Source: a virus (taxonomy: Duplodnaviria > Heunggongvirae > Uroviricota > Caudoviricetes). Taken from it: DNA of 64,000 nucleotides. Where the stretch lies: IMG/VR virus record IMGVR_UViG_2908567220_000002, positions 33,901 to 97,900 of that record; one strand, 5' to 3'. Under the pieces are notes generated by a model. It saw nothing but the letters and a program-made list of their open reading frames with translations, was not told where the DNA came from and did not search any database. This document shows, piece by piece, positions 42,993 through 52,245 of the stretch (position 1 is its first letter; each line of letters starts with the position of its first letter). Both the position numbers and the translations under genes were made by a program.

Positions 42993-43554
42993 CTTTCCAG
43001 CCTACGCGTTTCTTTAAGGCTGTTCTGACTTCAAGCCTGAGATTCGCTATTGGAATATTTTCCGCAATAATATTCCATAACTCAAATCGGGGCTTGCTTT
43101 TGATTCCTTTGGAATAGCCCCATCGTTCAAGTACGTCGATACATTCATCTTTCCAAAGCAATTGAGCGAGCATCAATGAGTTATGGTTTCGATTAAGCTT
43201 TTCTCCACGCATGTGCTTTATAAGAATGGCGCCTTTTGGCCCAACAGAAACCGTTTTAACGCCCCACCAACCTGGGATTAACTTTAATGCTCCCTCAAGA
43301 TGTTTCTCAGCTACGACAAGAGTAACCTTGTCCATTACAGAAGAATAATGCTTGATTTGAAGAGGCAAACGCTCCAAAGAGTCATATTCACTTTTGAGCT
43401 CGTACCCGTGTATAACACCATTTATTACAGCAATGTCTGCTCTACTGGCGCCAAGGGATATGGAAAATTCATCGACCACAAGGCAGTCAGGATCTAAATG
43501 CGATTCTTTCAAAAGCTTATGATGCACCGCGAACCTAACATCTTGATCTTTCAT
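42934..43554 (-). CDS. Hypothetical 206-aa protein with possible PD-(D/E)xK nuclease-like motif; convergent with and overlapping the 355-aa gene by 59 nt
   Basis: AAGGAG SD; ...VVDEF...DIAVINGVIHGYELKS... pattern (D...ExK); AT-rich. Confidence 0.6.
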   Translation of the reverse strand: MKDQDVRFAVHHKLLKESHLDPDCLVVDEFSISLGASRADIAVINGVIHGYELKSEYDSLERLPLQIKHYSSVMDKVTLVVAEKHLEGALKLIPGWWGVKTVSVGPKGAILIKHMRGEKLNRNHNSLMLAQLLWKDECIDVLERWGYSKGIKSKPRFELWNIIAENIPIANLRLEVRTALKKRVGWKVKAWQAESAPTNKAVSRLT

Positions 43555-43902
43555 GACTTCTCCTTACTCCCTCCGTTACTGAATTATAGCGCACTGCATT
43601 TTACTGCATTTGAGAGATTTGACCACTTCAATCACAAAATGCTTATCTGCAGCAACAAGATTCATAGCCATACGACTATGGTGATTACCTTTTGTCTGGA
43701 AAACTGACCATTCCACGAAGATCAGATAGGTCTATAGAATCTTGGTTTGTCATAGCGTTCGCCTTACTTTGAGATGAACCTTTGCTGCATAGGAGATCAG
43801 CCCGTCAAGGCTCACCAGCACTAACTGACTACTCAAAGGCTCATTCCAAAGGGTTTGGTTCGACGTGGTTGAGTGCGCTGCGGTGCGCGGTGAAATACCT
43901 GT

Positions 43903-43934
43903 ACAAAAATGCCCCGCATCTGCGAGGCATTTTC
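43903..43934 (-). terminator. Putative terminator downstream of Rz (end of lysis operon)
   Basis: Imperfect hairpin AAAATGCCTCGC / GCGGGGCATTTT followed by T-rich tract on minus strand. Confidence 0.45.
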
Positions 43935-43970
43935 CTGAAAGTCACTTGTTAAATTTCAGTGAAATTAAAA

Positions 43971-44423
43971 TTATTTTAAGCACTGCGTCCTGATGTACTC
44001 CTGCAAGTAGTTAACCTGCGCGGTTATCTTGTCGATTCCACTTCGGAGACGGTAATAATTGAGTTCAGCATCTGCTGTAAGTCCTGGGCTTTCTCCATTG
44101 CCCATGCCGCTGGCTCCGGTCGTTGACTTTGCACAGGTGGCGGCGACTTGCAGGCGCTTACGCCCAACAGAAACATCAGCACGTAGACTTTCGATAGTCG
44201 CGTTAGCATCAGCAAGCTCCTTTGTGTATCTGGCGTCGAGTTCTGCTACATCACGTTGACGCTTCTGCATGTCAGCGATGATGTACGTGGCTTTATCGCG
44301 CTGTTCTTTATAGGTAATGGCATTATCACGGTAATGATTAACAGCCCATGACAGGCAGACGATGATGCAGATAACCAGAGCATAAATAATCGCGGCGACT
44401 CTGCTCACTGATCTATCCCCCAA
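43971..44423 (-). CDS. Rz: Spanin inner-membrane subunit Rz
   Basis: 150 aa; ...[25 protein letters not shown]... matches lambda Rz. Confidence 0.85.
   Translation of the reverse strand: MGDRSVSRVAAIIYALVICIIVCLSWAVNHYRDNAITYKEQRDKATYIIADMQKRQRDVAELDARYTKELADANATIESLRADVSVGRKRLQVAATCAKSTTGASGMGNGESPGLTADAELNYYRLRSGIDKITAQVNYLQEYIRTQCLK
44024..44215 (-). CDS. Rz1: Spanin outer-membrane lipoprotein Rz1, embedded in Rz in the +1 frame
   Basis: 63 aa with lipobox-like VSAC and proline-rich KSPPPVQ. Confidence 0.7.
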   Translation of the reverse strand: MLMLTRLSKVYVLMFLLGVSACKSPPPVQSQRPEPAAWAMEKAQDLQQMLNSIITVSEVESTR

Positions 44424-44938
44424 CAGGCTAATGCGCTTTCCTGGTCACGACGAATAACCTGTCCATAGCAGTTATTTGAACGTATGCGGCAATCGCGCCC
44501 ACCATCTTTTATCCACCAGCGAATCGCCTCGCATGCACCTTTACGATCACCGGCATTCAGCCGCTTATAAAACGTCGACGGGAAACACTTACCGGGGCCA
44601 ATGTTATAGGGACAGAATGACGCTATACCCGCTTTTTGTGGTTCGGTCAGTGGTACTTTAATATTGCGCTCCACCCATGCCAGCGCCTTATCACGCTCAA
44701 TGGCGTTGACCTGGTCGCATTTTTCCTTCGACAGTTTCATACCGGGAAAAACGGGTTTTCCATCCACCATCGTGGCACCCCGACAGATGGTCCAGATGCC
44801 GGACCCATCGCGGTATGCCGTTGTGTGGTTACCTTCTTTTTCATCCAGAAACTGGTCGAGAATATCAGGCGCGGGCGCACCGACGGCAATCAGTGCCAGA
44901 ACGGCAGCCGACAGGCCGTATCTGATTTTTGCGTTCAT
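44405..44938 (-). CDS. R: SAR endolysin (lysozyme, T4-type glycosidase fold)
   Basis: 177 aa; N-terminal hydrophobic SAR-like [19 protein letters not shown]...RD...WT catalytic pattern. Confidence 0.8.
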   Translation of the reverse strand: MNAKIRYGLSAAVLALIAVGAPAPDILDQFLDEKEGNHTTAYRDGSGIWTICRGATMVDGKPVFPGMKLSKEKCDQVNAIERDKALAWVERNIKVPLTEPQKAGIASFCPYNIGPGKCFPSTFYKRLNAGDRKGACEAIRWWIKDGGRDCRIRSNNCYGQVIRRDQESALACWGIDQ

Positions 44939-45001
44939 GGATATTTATCAGGATTTATCGGTTTCTGCCCACGGACAGGTTTATCTGTTCCGGTCAGTGA
45001 C

Positions 45002-45352
45002 TTAAGGTTGTGATTCCGGAGGAGTCTTCAGAGAACCAGTAATTCTTCCCGGTAGCTTTCCTTTGTAGGTTATCCATACATTCTGCGCCTCTAAAATTAC
45101 GGGGCGCTTTTCCGGCGACTGCTCATCCCCTTCACATAACCCGGCAGCAACATCCAGGAAGACCTGTCTGATGCTCATTCTGGCTGCTGCCTCATAAAAC
45201 TCCAGCGCGGCACCTTCAACACGGTCCAGCGAGATGTCCAGGTCAAAAATTTCACCGTCAAAGCGTTTTTTGTCCCGTAACGCTAAAGTTACCGTAACTT
45301 TATTCTCAAAATTGCGGATCCCTTTCACAATCAGTTCATAGTTTTGAGTCAT
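45002..45352 (-). CDS. Hypothetical protein inserted between holin and endolysin genes
   Basis: 116-aa ORF MTQNYELIVKGIRNFENK...; no recognisable motif. Confidence 0.5.
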   Translation of the reverse strand: MTQNYELIVKGIRNFENKVTVTLALRDKKRFDGEIFDLDISLDRVEGAALEFYEAAARMSIRQVFLDVAAGLCEGDEQSPEKRPVILEAQNVWITYKGKLPGRITGSLKTPPESQP

Positions 45353-45356
45353 TGAA

Positions 45357-45572
45357 TTACTCTCCCCGTGCCGCCTTACGCTTGTCTTCTTTAATCTTGA
45401 AATAAAGGTTTGTCAGATACGTCAGCAAGCCAAATACCAGACTACCCAGCACACCTATTGCCGCCCACTGTGAGGGCGTGACTTTATCGAGCAACTGTAA
45501 AAACCAGTACCCGGCACTACCTGCTGAGGTGCCATAGGCGACACCCGTTGTTAACTTATCCATGGATTTCAT
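45357..45572 (-). CDS. S: Pinholin (phage 21 S-type) with dual start motif
   Basis: [31 protein letters not shown]...; tracked ORF extends to 45635. Confidence 0.85.
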
Positions 45573-45639
45573 AACCCCACCTCGCAGATGCGGGTGCTGT
45601 GTAATGGAAATAAAAAGGCCACCTGACGTGGCCACCAGA

Positions 45640-46692
45640 TTATTTCCCCACCAGCTCGTTTATCTCTTTCACTGTCTGGTTAAACCGCTCTGACTCAAGC
45701 TCAACACCTAAGGCCCGACGCCCCAACGCCATTGCTGCTTTTATTGTGGAACCGGATCCCATAAAAAAATCAGCAACCAGATCACCTGGTCGACTACTGG
45801 CATTGATTATTTGCCTGAGCATATCCGCCGGTTTCTCACACGGATGTTTCCCCGGGTAGAACTGAACGGGTTTATGCATCCAGACATCGGTATAAGGCAC
45901 GGAGACTGATACGGAGAAATAGCGCCGGAGAGATTTAAACTCATCCAGCAATTCAGAATATTTACGATTCAGTGAATCATAAGATGCCACCAGCTGGTGG
46001 TGTGGTTGTTCCAGTTGTTGTTCCTGAAACTTCTCTGCCGCTATACGGGAAAACAGTGCCTGTAACTTCCGATAGTCAGCCTCATTCGGCAACTGCCACT
46101 GACTGGCACCAAACCAGTGGGAAACCATATTTTTCTTACCTGTGGCTTCGGCAATTTGTTTTGCCGTTATACCCAGTTCGGCACGAGCATCCCTGAAATA
46201 CGATATCAGCGGTGCCATTATGTGCTGTTTGAGTTCCCTTTCTTTTGCTGCATAGCCGTCACTTTTGCCGCGATATGGCCCCTGGTAATGTTCAGCAAAC
46301 AGAACGCGCTCTGTGGCAGGAAAATATGCGCGCAGACTTTCTTTATTACACCCATTCCAACGTCCGGACGGCTTCGCCCAGATGATATGGTTAAGCACGT
46401 TGAAACGTTCACGCATCATGATCTCAATATCAGATGCCAGGCGATGCCCACAGAACAGGTAAAGGCTTCCGGCAGGTTTTAACACCCGCCAGAACTGGGC
46501 CAGACAGTGGTCCAGCCACTTAAGGTAATCATCGTCGCCCTTCCACTGGTTATCCCAGCCCTCAGGCTTCACTTTAAAGTACGGCGGGTCCGTGACTATC
46601 AGGTCAACAGAATTTTCGGGTAACGACCGGATAAATTCCAGGCAGTCGGCGTTGATTAACTCACAACTGGATATTTTTACAGTATTAAGCAT
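45640..46692 (-). CDS. DNA methyltransferase (N6-adenine/N4-cytosine type, beta-class motif order)
   Basis: 350 aa; DPPY ([11 protein letters not shown]) near N-terminus and FxGxG-like FFMGSGST near C-terminus; between Q and holin. Confidence 0.85.
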
Positions 46693-46831
46693 GGATCATT
46701 AAGCCTGTCTCTGATAGGCTCATTCTGCTTTTGCGCAAAGCAGTGGGCCTGAGGTTTGCTTGTGAACCCAACGCATGAGCAGATGGCTGGTGAGTGCCCC
46801 TAACACCCACCAGCCGCCCATTTACCACAAA

Positions 46832-46857
46832 TAAAAAAAGCCTTCACTGCGGAAGGC
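46832..46857 (-). terminator. Intrinsic terminator overlapping stop of the small ORF
   Basis: Stem GCCTTC / GAAGGC then T7 run on minus strand. Confidence 0.6.
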
Positions 46858-47041
46858 GTCTGTAACAACCGAACTGATAGTCTGCCAGACCCGCCATAAC
46901 CAGCTGGGTCAGTATTAACTGGCAGCGTTCGCGTGAAAGGTAAGTATTCTGCGCAATCTCCCCGACTGTCGCCGGGTCGGTAACGCTTAATTCATTAAAC
47001 ACCACTCTGGCGGTTTCTGTCATATCCTGCTGTTTTAGCAT
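46844..47041 (-). CDS. Small hypothetical protein (65 aa), possibly winged-helix
   Basis: Start MLKQQDMTETARVVFNELSV with AAGGGA SD; tracked ORF 46844..47128. Confidence 0.4.
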   Translation of the reverse strand: MLKQQDMTETARVVFNELSVTDPATVGEIAQNTYLSRERCQLILTQLVMAGLADYQFGCYRRLPQ

Positions 47042-47161
47042 GTCTTTTTCCCTTTTCCGGTTAACGTGACACACCAATAACTCTTGTCGAAAAAGCCAGC
47101 AAGCTGAAAGACAGGTATTCACCGCCACCAGCGCGTTTACTGTACTGACGCGATTTCAGTC

Positions 47162-47186
47162 ATAAAAAACCCGCCAGGCGGCGGGG
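47162..47186 (-). terminator. tR-prime-like intrinsic terminator downstream of the late promoter
   Basis: Perfect stem CCCGCC / GGCGGG, loop GCCT, then TTTTTTATG on minus strand. Confidence 0.65.
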
Positions 47187-47227
47187 TGTAAAAAATCCTC
47201 TAACGTCAGGCATAAAACGCCCATCGT

Positions 47228-47264
47228 TAGAGCAAATTTACCACAGATTCGGGAAAAATCAACA
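47228..47264 (-). promoter_or_regulatory. pR-prime-like late promoter with candidate pause/qut region
   Basis: Minus strand TTGATT-(16/17)-TAAATT followed by ...AACGATGGGC..., resembling lambda pR-prime. Confidence 0.55.
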
Positions 47265-47267
47265 ACA

Positions 47268-48089
47268 CTATCGCGTTACCCTCTTTAACTGCCGCTCCGC
47301 CCATGCCTCTTCAATGTCAAACCGAACCACCAACGTATCGTAAAAGCGTTTCACTGATTTTTTCCACGTATCAAGCGTGATAGCACTCGTCACTTTGCGT
47401 ATGGCATTAAATGCCTCCGTTGATGGTAGTCTTTCACAGCCACGACCATCACAACGCTGGCAGTCTCTGATAACAGGCATACCACGTTTTACCGACTCTT
47501 CACGATGAATGGCGACACCACGCCCACGGCAATCCTTACAGGCGGTGGAAACCTCACCCTTTCCGCCACACTCCGGACAGGCAACTTTTACCACCTCCCT
47601 GACTTTTTTCCATTCTTCCCAGTAAGACGGATACACACCTTTCGTACACTTTGCCCATACCGGCGGCTTACCATCCGGATACTGGACCTTGTTTGTAAAA
47701 ACTATGCTTTCAATAAATTTTTCCCCATAGCAACAAGGGCACTGCTTTTTACTCGCTGCGCTGCGGGCATAATCCTCAAAAGCGTACGAAGCCATAATGC
47801 GCATCACTACCGGTTTTATTTCTGCCGGAAGTTTTCTCAACGCCGCCACACGATCGCACCGACTGAGTGCATAATCTGCCAGTAATTCTGTTGCCCGCGC
47901 CCTGTCATTCATACTGATGCCCATTTTCCCAAGGAACGCAGAAAACCCCATCTCAGCCCGATTCTGTGTCATGCCCTGCGCGGCCATCACATCAGTGATA
48001 CTCAGCGCATCTTTCGACGTTGAGGCCGATGCATCAGTCAGGCCGGGGGATTTTGGGGAGTAGTATTTCGGTAAATCTTCCAGTTTCAT
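47268..48089 (-). CDS. Q: Antiterminator Q (lambda Q family)
   Basis: 273 aa; ...SPKSPGLTD...TDVMAAQGM...; Cys-rich zinc-binding region; overlaps rusA by 4 nt. Confidence 0.85.
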   Translation of the reverse strand: MKLEDLPKYYSPKSPGLTDASASTSKDALSITDVMAAQGMTQNRAEMGFSAFLGKMGISMNDRARATELLADYALSRCDRVAALRKLPAEIKPVVMRIMASYAFEDYARSAASKKQCPCCYGEKFIESIVFTNKVQYPDGKPPVWAKCTKGVYPSYWEEWKKVREVVKVACPECGGKGEVSTACKDCRGRGVAIHREESVKRGMPVIRDCQRCDGRGCERLPSTEAFNAIRKVTSAITLDTWKKSVKRFYDTLVVRFDIEEAWAERQLKRVTR

Positions 48090-48460
48090 TTTTTGACCTG
48101 CTCTTCATGCATTATGGGGTAAATCTTCACCCCCAGACGTCCACCAGATACTGGCTGACCACGAACGATATTGATTTCATCAAACTGCTCATCGTCCATT
48201 AACACTCCCGCATGCGTCAGCGCATCCAGCGGTGCTTTCAGGATATTGTCCAGGTCGCGACGACGCTTATCCGGTGGCTCTGCAATCACCTTTATCGCCA
48301 GCCTTCCGGACAGGCTTAATTTCAGCCGCTGCTGGCGAACAATAAGCGCCACTGCCCGGCGATAACGCTCCCCGGCTTTTGATACAAAATATGTGCTGCC
48401 ACGGCGTCGCCAGTAAGTGTTCACCGTCGGCGGGTAAGGTAAAACCAAATCTATGAGCAT
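48086..48460 (-). CDS. rusA: Holliday junction resolvase RusA
   Basis: 124 aa; paralog of 517..867. Confidence 0.9.
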   Translation of the reverse strand: MLIDLVLPYPPTVNTYWRRRGSTYFVSKAGERYRRAVALIVRQQRLKLSLSGRLAIKVIAEPPDKRRRDLDNILKAPLDALTHAGVLMDDEQFDEINIVRGQPVSGGRLGVKIYPIMHEEQVKK

Positions 48461-48472
48461 CAGTCACCTCTT

Positions 48473-49519
48473 TTACCCAAGCACGCCAGTTGCAAAGGCG
48501 TGATCAAGAAAACGAAAAATTAAATCAACCTGAGAACCATGCTTTTCTTCGAACGCCAGAGGATCCGCATGAAGCTCGTTGTGATGCTCCCGACACAGCG
48601 GTAGCGTGAAAATATCGTGAGATTTTGTCCCCATTCCGCCCTGACCATGACCAATCAGGTGATGGGGATCGTCGGCTGGCTTACCACAACACGCACACGG
48701 CTGTGTCTTCACCCAGCGTGTGTATTTCTCGTTAACCCAGCGGCGACGTTTAGGTCGTTTCATGAAAGATTCCGGAGACTCAGGATCAACGGCAATGCTG
48801 ACCACCGTCTCTTCCTGTGGCGGGTTTTGCTGGTGGGCGTGAGGCAGCGGCGCAAGATTTTTTGTGCGCTGCTTCAGTATGCTGGTGGCGGTCTGCTCTC
48901 CCGGTACGATGTCGCTTTCACGGTACATTGAGCGGATTTTTTCCGCACGCAACCCCAGCGAACGACGTAATACCGCTTCCGGTAGCGCGTCCGCCACCTG
49001 ATTGCGGACCGCCCACCAGGATAATTCAGCCAGAGATAATTCACGCTCCTGCGTACCGCTTATTGCGTGACCGATGACGTCAATCATCCATGCTGACAGG
49101 TTTTGATGAGCAAGTTGCTCGAGTGATTCGGATGTCTGGTCACGCAGCTGGTTGTCGCAGTGCCAGCACAACACCATTGCGCCGGTACCATAACGGTGAA
49201 TAACGGTTTCGCTGTGATGATAATCGCCGTGTGGCCACTGGCAGGATTTAATATTGCGCAACAGCCAGTCAGACAATGCACCAGCACCACCAGCAGCACG
49301 AATTACCCGTGCGTTACTGAAAAACGGCAGCAATGTTTTGTCTTCCACCAGCGGCTGGCGAACGGCAGGAACGACCCCGGACGGCAGATTACGCATGCTT
49401 TTCGGTTCCGGCTCCACCAGTACCCGGGTATTGTGGAATACCGGCATGGATTCACGGCCCGGCTTAACGATCACCAGCCCGAGTTCCGGTACCAGAACAG
49501 GTCGAAGTAATACCCGCAC
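48473..49519 (-). CDS. DUF968-family protein (YdfU-like) with HNH-like motif
   Basis: 348 aa; paralog of 880..1929. Confidence 0.8.
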   Translation of the reverse strand: MRVLLRPVLVPELGLVIVKPGRESMPVFHNTRVLVEPEPKSMRNLPSGVVPAVRQPLVEDKTLLPFFSNARVIRAAGGAGALSDWLLRNIKSCQWPHGDYHHSETVIHRYGTGAMVLCWHCDNQLRDQTSESLEQLAHQNLSAWMIDVIGHAISGTQERELSLAELSWWAVRNQVADALPEAVLRRSLGLRAEKIRSMYRESDIVPGEQTATSILKQRTKNLAPLPHAHQQNPPQEETVVSIAVDPESPESFMKRPKRRRWVNEKYTRWVKTQPCACCGKPADDPHHLIGHGQGGMGTKSHDIFTLPLCREHHNELHADPLAFEEKHGSQVDLIFRFLDHAFATGVLG

Positions 49520-49520
49520 G

Positions 49521-49799
49521 TTACCTCCAGATGCGTTGCTGGAATGTGCGGGACGGACGCGGTGGGCGTTCGGAGTAAGGAAGCCTGACGGAGATTATCC
49601 AGTGACGATAATCGAGGCTGAGGGCTTTCTTAATCTCGTATCCGTGTCTGCGGTAGCACTGAATTAGCCACTCGGCCTGTTCTTCAGTGCATGGGGGATG
49701 CTGGAACCAGTCAGATTTGAAAGTGCGGGAACGCCGCCCGTGCCTGCTGGCAAAGACGGCAGAATCATCAGAATTGTGTAATTTGGTATCGTGCGCCAT
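49521..49799 (-). CDS. Hypothetical protein (rem position)
   Basis: 92 aa; paralog of 1931..2203. Confidence 0.55.
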   Translation of the reverse strand: MAHDTKLHNSDDSAVFASRHGRRSRTFKSDWFQHPPCTEEQAEWLIQCYRRHGYEIKKALSLDYRHWIISVRLPYSERPPRPSRTFQQRIWR

Positions 49800-49858
49800 C
49801 GGTTGTCTCTGCTGGCGCAGCAGGTGCCAGTTGTTCAGGCTGGCTCACGTATTATAAC

Positions 49859-50032
49859 TTATTCCCGAACTACCTTGAAACCGAGTCTTTCCAAGTATTC
49901 AATGAATGCCTCAACAGATAACACTACATGATCATCAGGAATTAACGCTGTGTAGGTAATACCCCCATTCTCAACGCGCACAGCATAGAGGCCATCTTCA
50001 CTAAAAATTTCACGTAATTCTTCGATTTTCAT
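49859..50032 (-). CDS. Small hypothetical protein (57 aa), part of inserted cassette
   Basis: Start MKIEELREIF with GGAAGGA SD; tracked ORF 49859..50080. Confidence 0.4.
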   Translation of the reverse strand: MKIEELREIFSEDGLYAVRVENGGITYTALIPDDHVVLSVEAFIEYLERLGFKVVRE

Positions 50033-50156
50033 CAACAGAATCCTTCCAGATAAATAGCACTCCCCCTGTTCGGGGTCCATCCCTCTTCTCCCTGCGCGCT
50101 ACTTAAGTATTTTTGATTCTATTCTGGCACCGTCCAAAACTTCAAACACGTTGAAA

Positions 50157-50184
50157 ATAAAAACAAAAAACCCGCCGAAGCGGG
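50157..50184 (-). terminator. Intrinsic terminator after the XRE-M78 gene (duplicate of the hok terminator sequence)
   Basis: CCCGC-CGAA-GCGGG hairpin then T-run on minus strand; same hairpin as at 52001-52021. Confidence 0.6.
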
Positions 50185-50189
50185 TATAC

Positions 50190-51296
50190 TCAAACAATCT
50201 GGAAAATATTTCTTGGATTTGTAATAGGTCTGTTGATGGAGAACAACTCACGAATTAAATCTTGGCTCAAGCCAGTTTTCATAAGAATTCTTAGCCAGGT
50301 TGCATCATCCAGCATTTCAATCGCCTCGGCCAGCATGCCGGGTTCTTCAGGGCGCAAAAGTTCATCACCAGGTTCAACTCTCGTATACCCTCTGGAATTA
50401 AGATGCATATAGCCAGTTCTTGCCTGTTCCTGGGTCAATAAGCCTAATGCGCTGGCTCGATAAATACACATTTTAAGGCTGATTTTCCATCTAAGTTTAA
50501 ATTCAACCAGAGCATTCCAGTCGAATTGCTTACCTCGTATTCGTGGAAATTCTTTAATGAAAGATAACCTGGGAACTAATAAGGCGCTCGAAAAGTGATC
50601 GGCTTGTGATTCCGTAAGTTTATCACCTGTCGTTATGCCCTCATGCATTACTAAATGCCCTAATTCATGACCTAAATCAGAGCGAAATCTACATATGCTT
50701 TTTTTAACATTGTTCCTGATGATAACAGGCCTGTTATTGTGAACAGTAAAAGCATCAACACGATCATCGACTCCCGTAACATGCGCAACGATTACCCCTA
50801 AACTCTCCGCCAATTTAACCATTGATGATATAGGGCCAAGACCTAAATTCCAGGCACGGCGACAATCTTCTGCCACTCGCTCAATATCATTCGGAGTAAG
50901 TAATTCAGCCCCTGGGTGCTCCGGTATGTTAACGTCAGGAAATTCGATTTCACCTTCAACAGCAGAAATTATAATATTAAGAATCTCAGCCCTGGCCAAT
51001 ACACTATTAGTCAGCGTTTGAGTCCTGGACTTCTTACTCCGAAAATGGCAGACATCACTTTCCAGAGCGTATTTTCGTTCAGTAAAAAGAAAACTGGACT
51101 TAATCATAAGCGCTGAAGATATTAACTCAAGACATTGCTCCGATGGCCTGCACCCCTTCTCCAGTTTGCTAACGAATTGCTTTGTCTTGCCAATTTTTTC
51201 GGCTAACTCTTCACAAGAAAGCCCAACAGCCATTCTCGCTAGTTTGAGCTTATCACCCCGATACTCAGTGAAGTTATTCACCTGATGTTCCATCAC
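50190..51296 (-). CDS. XRE-family HTH fused to ImmA/IrrE-type (M78) zinc metallopeptidase domain
   Basis: 368 aa; N-terminal HTH (KLKLARMAVGLSCEELAEKIGKTKQFVSKLE); HEXXH motif HELGHLVMHE. Confidence 0.8.
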   Translation of the reverse strand: MMEHQVNNFTEYRGDKLKLARMAVGLSCEELAEKIGKTKQFVSKLEKGCRPSEQCLELISSALMIKSSFLFTERKYALESDVCHFRSKKSRTQTLTNSVLARAEILNIIISAVEGEIEFPDVNIPEHPGAELLTPNDIERVAEDCRRAWNLGLGPISSMVKLAESLGVIVAHVTGVDDRVDAFTVHNNRPVIIRNNVKKSICRFRSDLGHELGHLVMHEGITTGDKLTESQADHFSSALLVPRLSFIKEFPRIRGKQFDWNALVEFKLRWKISLKMCIYRASALGLLTQEQARTGYMHLNSRGYTRVEPGDELLRPEEPGMLAEAIEMLDDATWLRILMKTGLSQDLIRELFSINRPITNPRNIFQIV

Positions 51297-51924
51297 TGCT
51301 CACATCCAAATCTTTATCCTTCGTACGCCGACGAAGAGGCACCTTATTAATCTCCGCTTCGTCAGGGAGTGTGTTATAATCAAGAGGCATAAGCGGCATC
51401 GATGCTGTAGATTGATGAGAAACTATACTAATCTGAGCACCATAAGTATTAAATCCAACAAGAGCTACCTCCCAACGAGGCAGTGTGGACTCTAATTCAC
51501 CATCGCCCTCTTCGGATAAAAAAGGCTCAGCTATGACTCGCCATGTAATATCTTGCTCAGCCTCAACATCACCAAACAATGAGAGCTGCTCATACTCTAC
51601 TTTATTTCGACGCAGACGATGTTTCTTTTTGGGGTTATTAATGCAATCTTTGGTAAATTGTAGCGGAACTTTATTTAAAGCAACTACATAGTCCAACCCC
51701 TTGGAAATCATCTCAAGGCCAGGAATTGCATCTTCATTTTGAATAAGATGATTTCTGACCCAATCATAAGCCCTTACACCTTCAGACCAGTTGCTGTCTA
51801 ATGCGTGCTTATGATAGTACAGCTGCTCAAGTACGTTAGCGATCTCCGCCAACAAGTGGCGAACATAGTTTTCAGCAAGATAAGGTTGAAATTCCCAACA
51901 AGGAGCTAACTGATTTTCATTCAT
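51274..51924 (-). CDS. Hypothetical 216-aa protein, upstream partner of the XRE-M78 gene (23-nt overlap)
   Basis: MNENQLAPCWEFQPYLAENYVRHLL...; no recognisable motif; candidate TTGACA promoter upstream at ~51983-51988. Confidence 0.55.
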   Translation of the reverse strand: MNENQLAPCWEFQPYLAENYVRHLLAEIANVLEQLYYHKHALDSNWSEGVRAYDWVRNHLIQNEDAIPGLEMISKGLDYVVALNKVPLQFTKDCINNPKKKHRLRRNKVEYEQLSLFGDVEAEQDITWRVIAEPFLSEEGDGELESTLPRWEVALVGFNTYGAQISIVSHQSTASMPLMPLDYNTLPDEAEINKVPLRRRTKDKDLDVSSDGTSGE

Positions 51925-52000
51925 TTCAAGTTTCGCTTTTTTTAGAATTCGTAAACCACATATTTTCGCATTTTTCTATTTTTGTCAACCAGACTAATGC

Positions 52001-52021
52001 AAAAACCCGCCGAAGCGGGTT
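52001..52021 (-). terminator. Intrinsic terminator downstream of hok (prophage B copy)
   Basis: CCCGC-CGAA-GCGGG hairpin with T-run on minus strand. Confidence 0.55.
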
Positions 52022-52089
52022 AAGTGCGGGTGCGTTGAGGATGCCTGGCACATCAGAGGTGGCGGGAGATTACTCCCCCGCCGGGTCTC

Positions 52090-52245
52090 TTACTCCTCAG
52101 GTTCGTAAGCTGTGAAGACAGCGACCTCCGTCTGCCCGGTTCGGATTCGTACCTCGCAGAGGTCTTTCCTCGTTACCAGTGCCGTCACTATGACGGTTAA
52201 ACAGATGACGATCAGGGCGATTAGCATCGCCTTTTGCTGCTTCAT
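52090..52245 (-). CDS. hok: Hok/Gef family type I toxin
   Basis: 51 aa MKQQKAMLIALIVICLTVIVTALVTRKDLCEVRIRTGQTEVAVFTAYEPEE. Confidence 0.9.
   Translation of the reverse strand: MKQQKAMLIALIVICLTVIVTALVTRKDLCEVRIRTGQTEVAVFTAYEPEE

Noticed and set aside
46700-46860. Possible tRNA genes between Q and the lysis genes, as in some Stx phages
   Set aside because: No cloverleaf-compatible sequence found by eye; region instead contains a terminator hairpin and the end of a small ORF.
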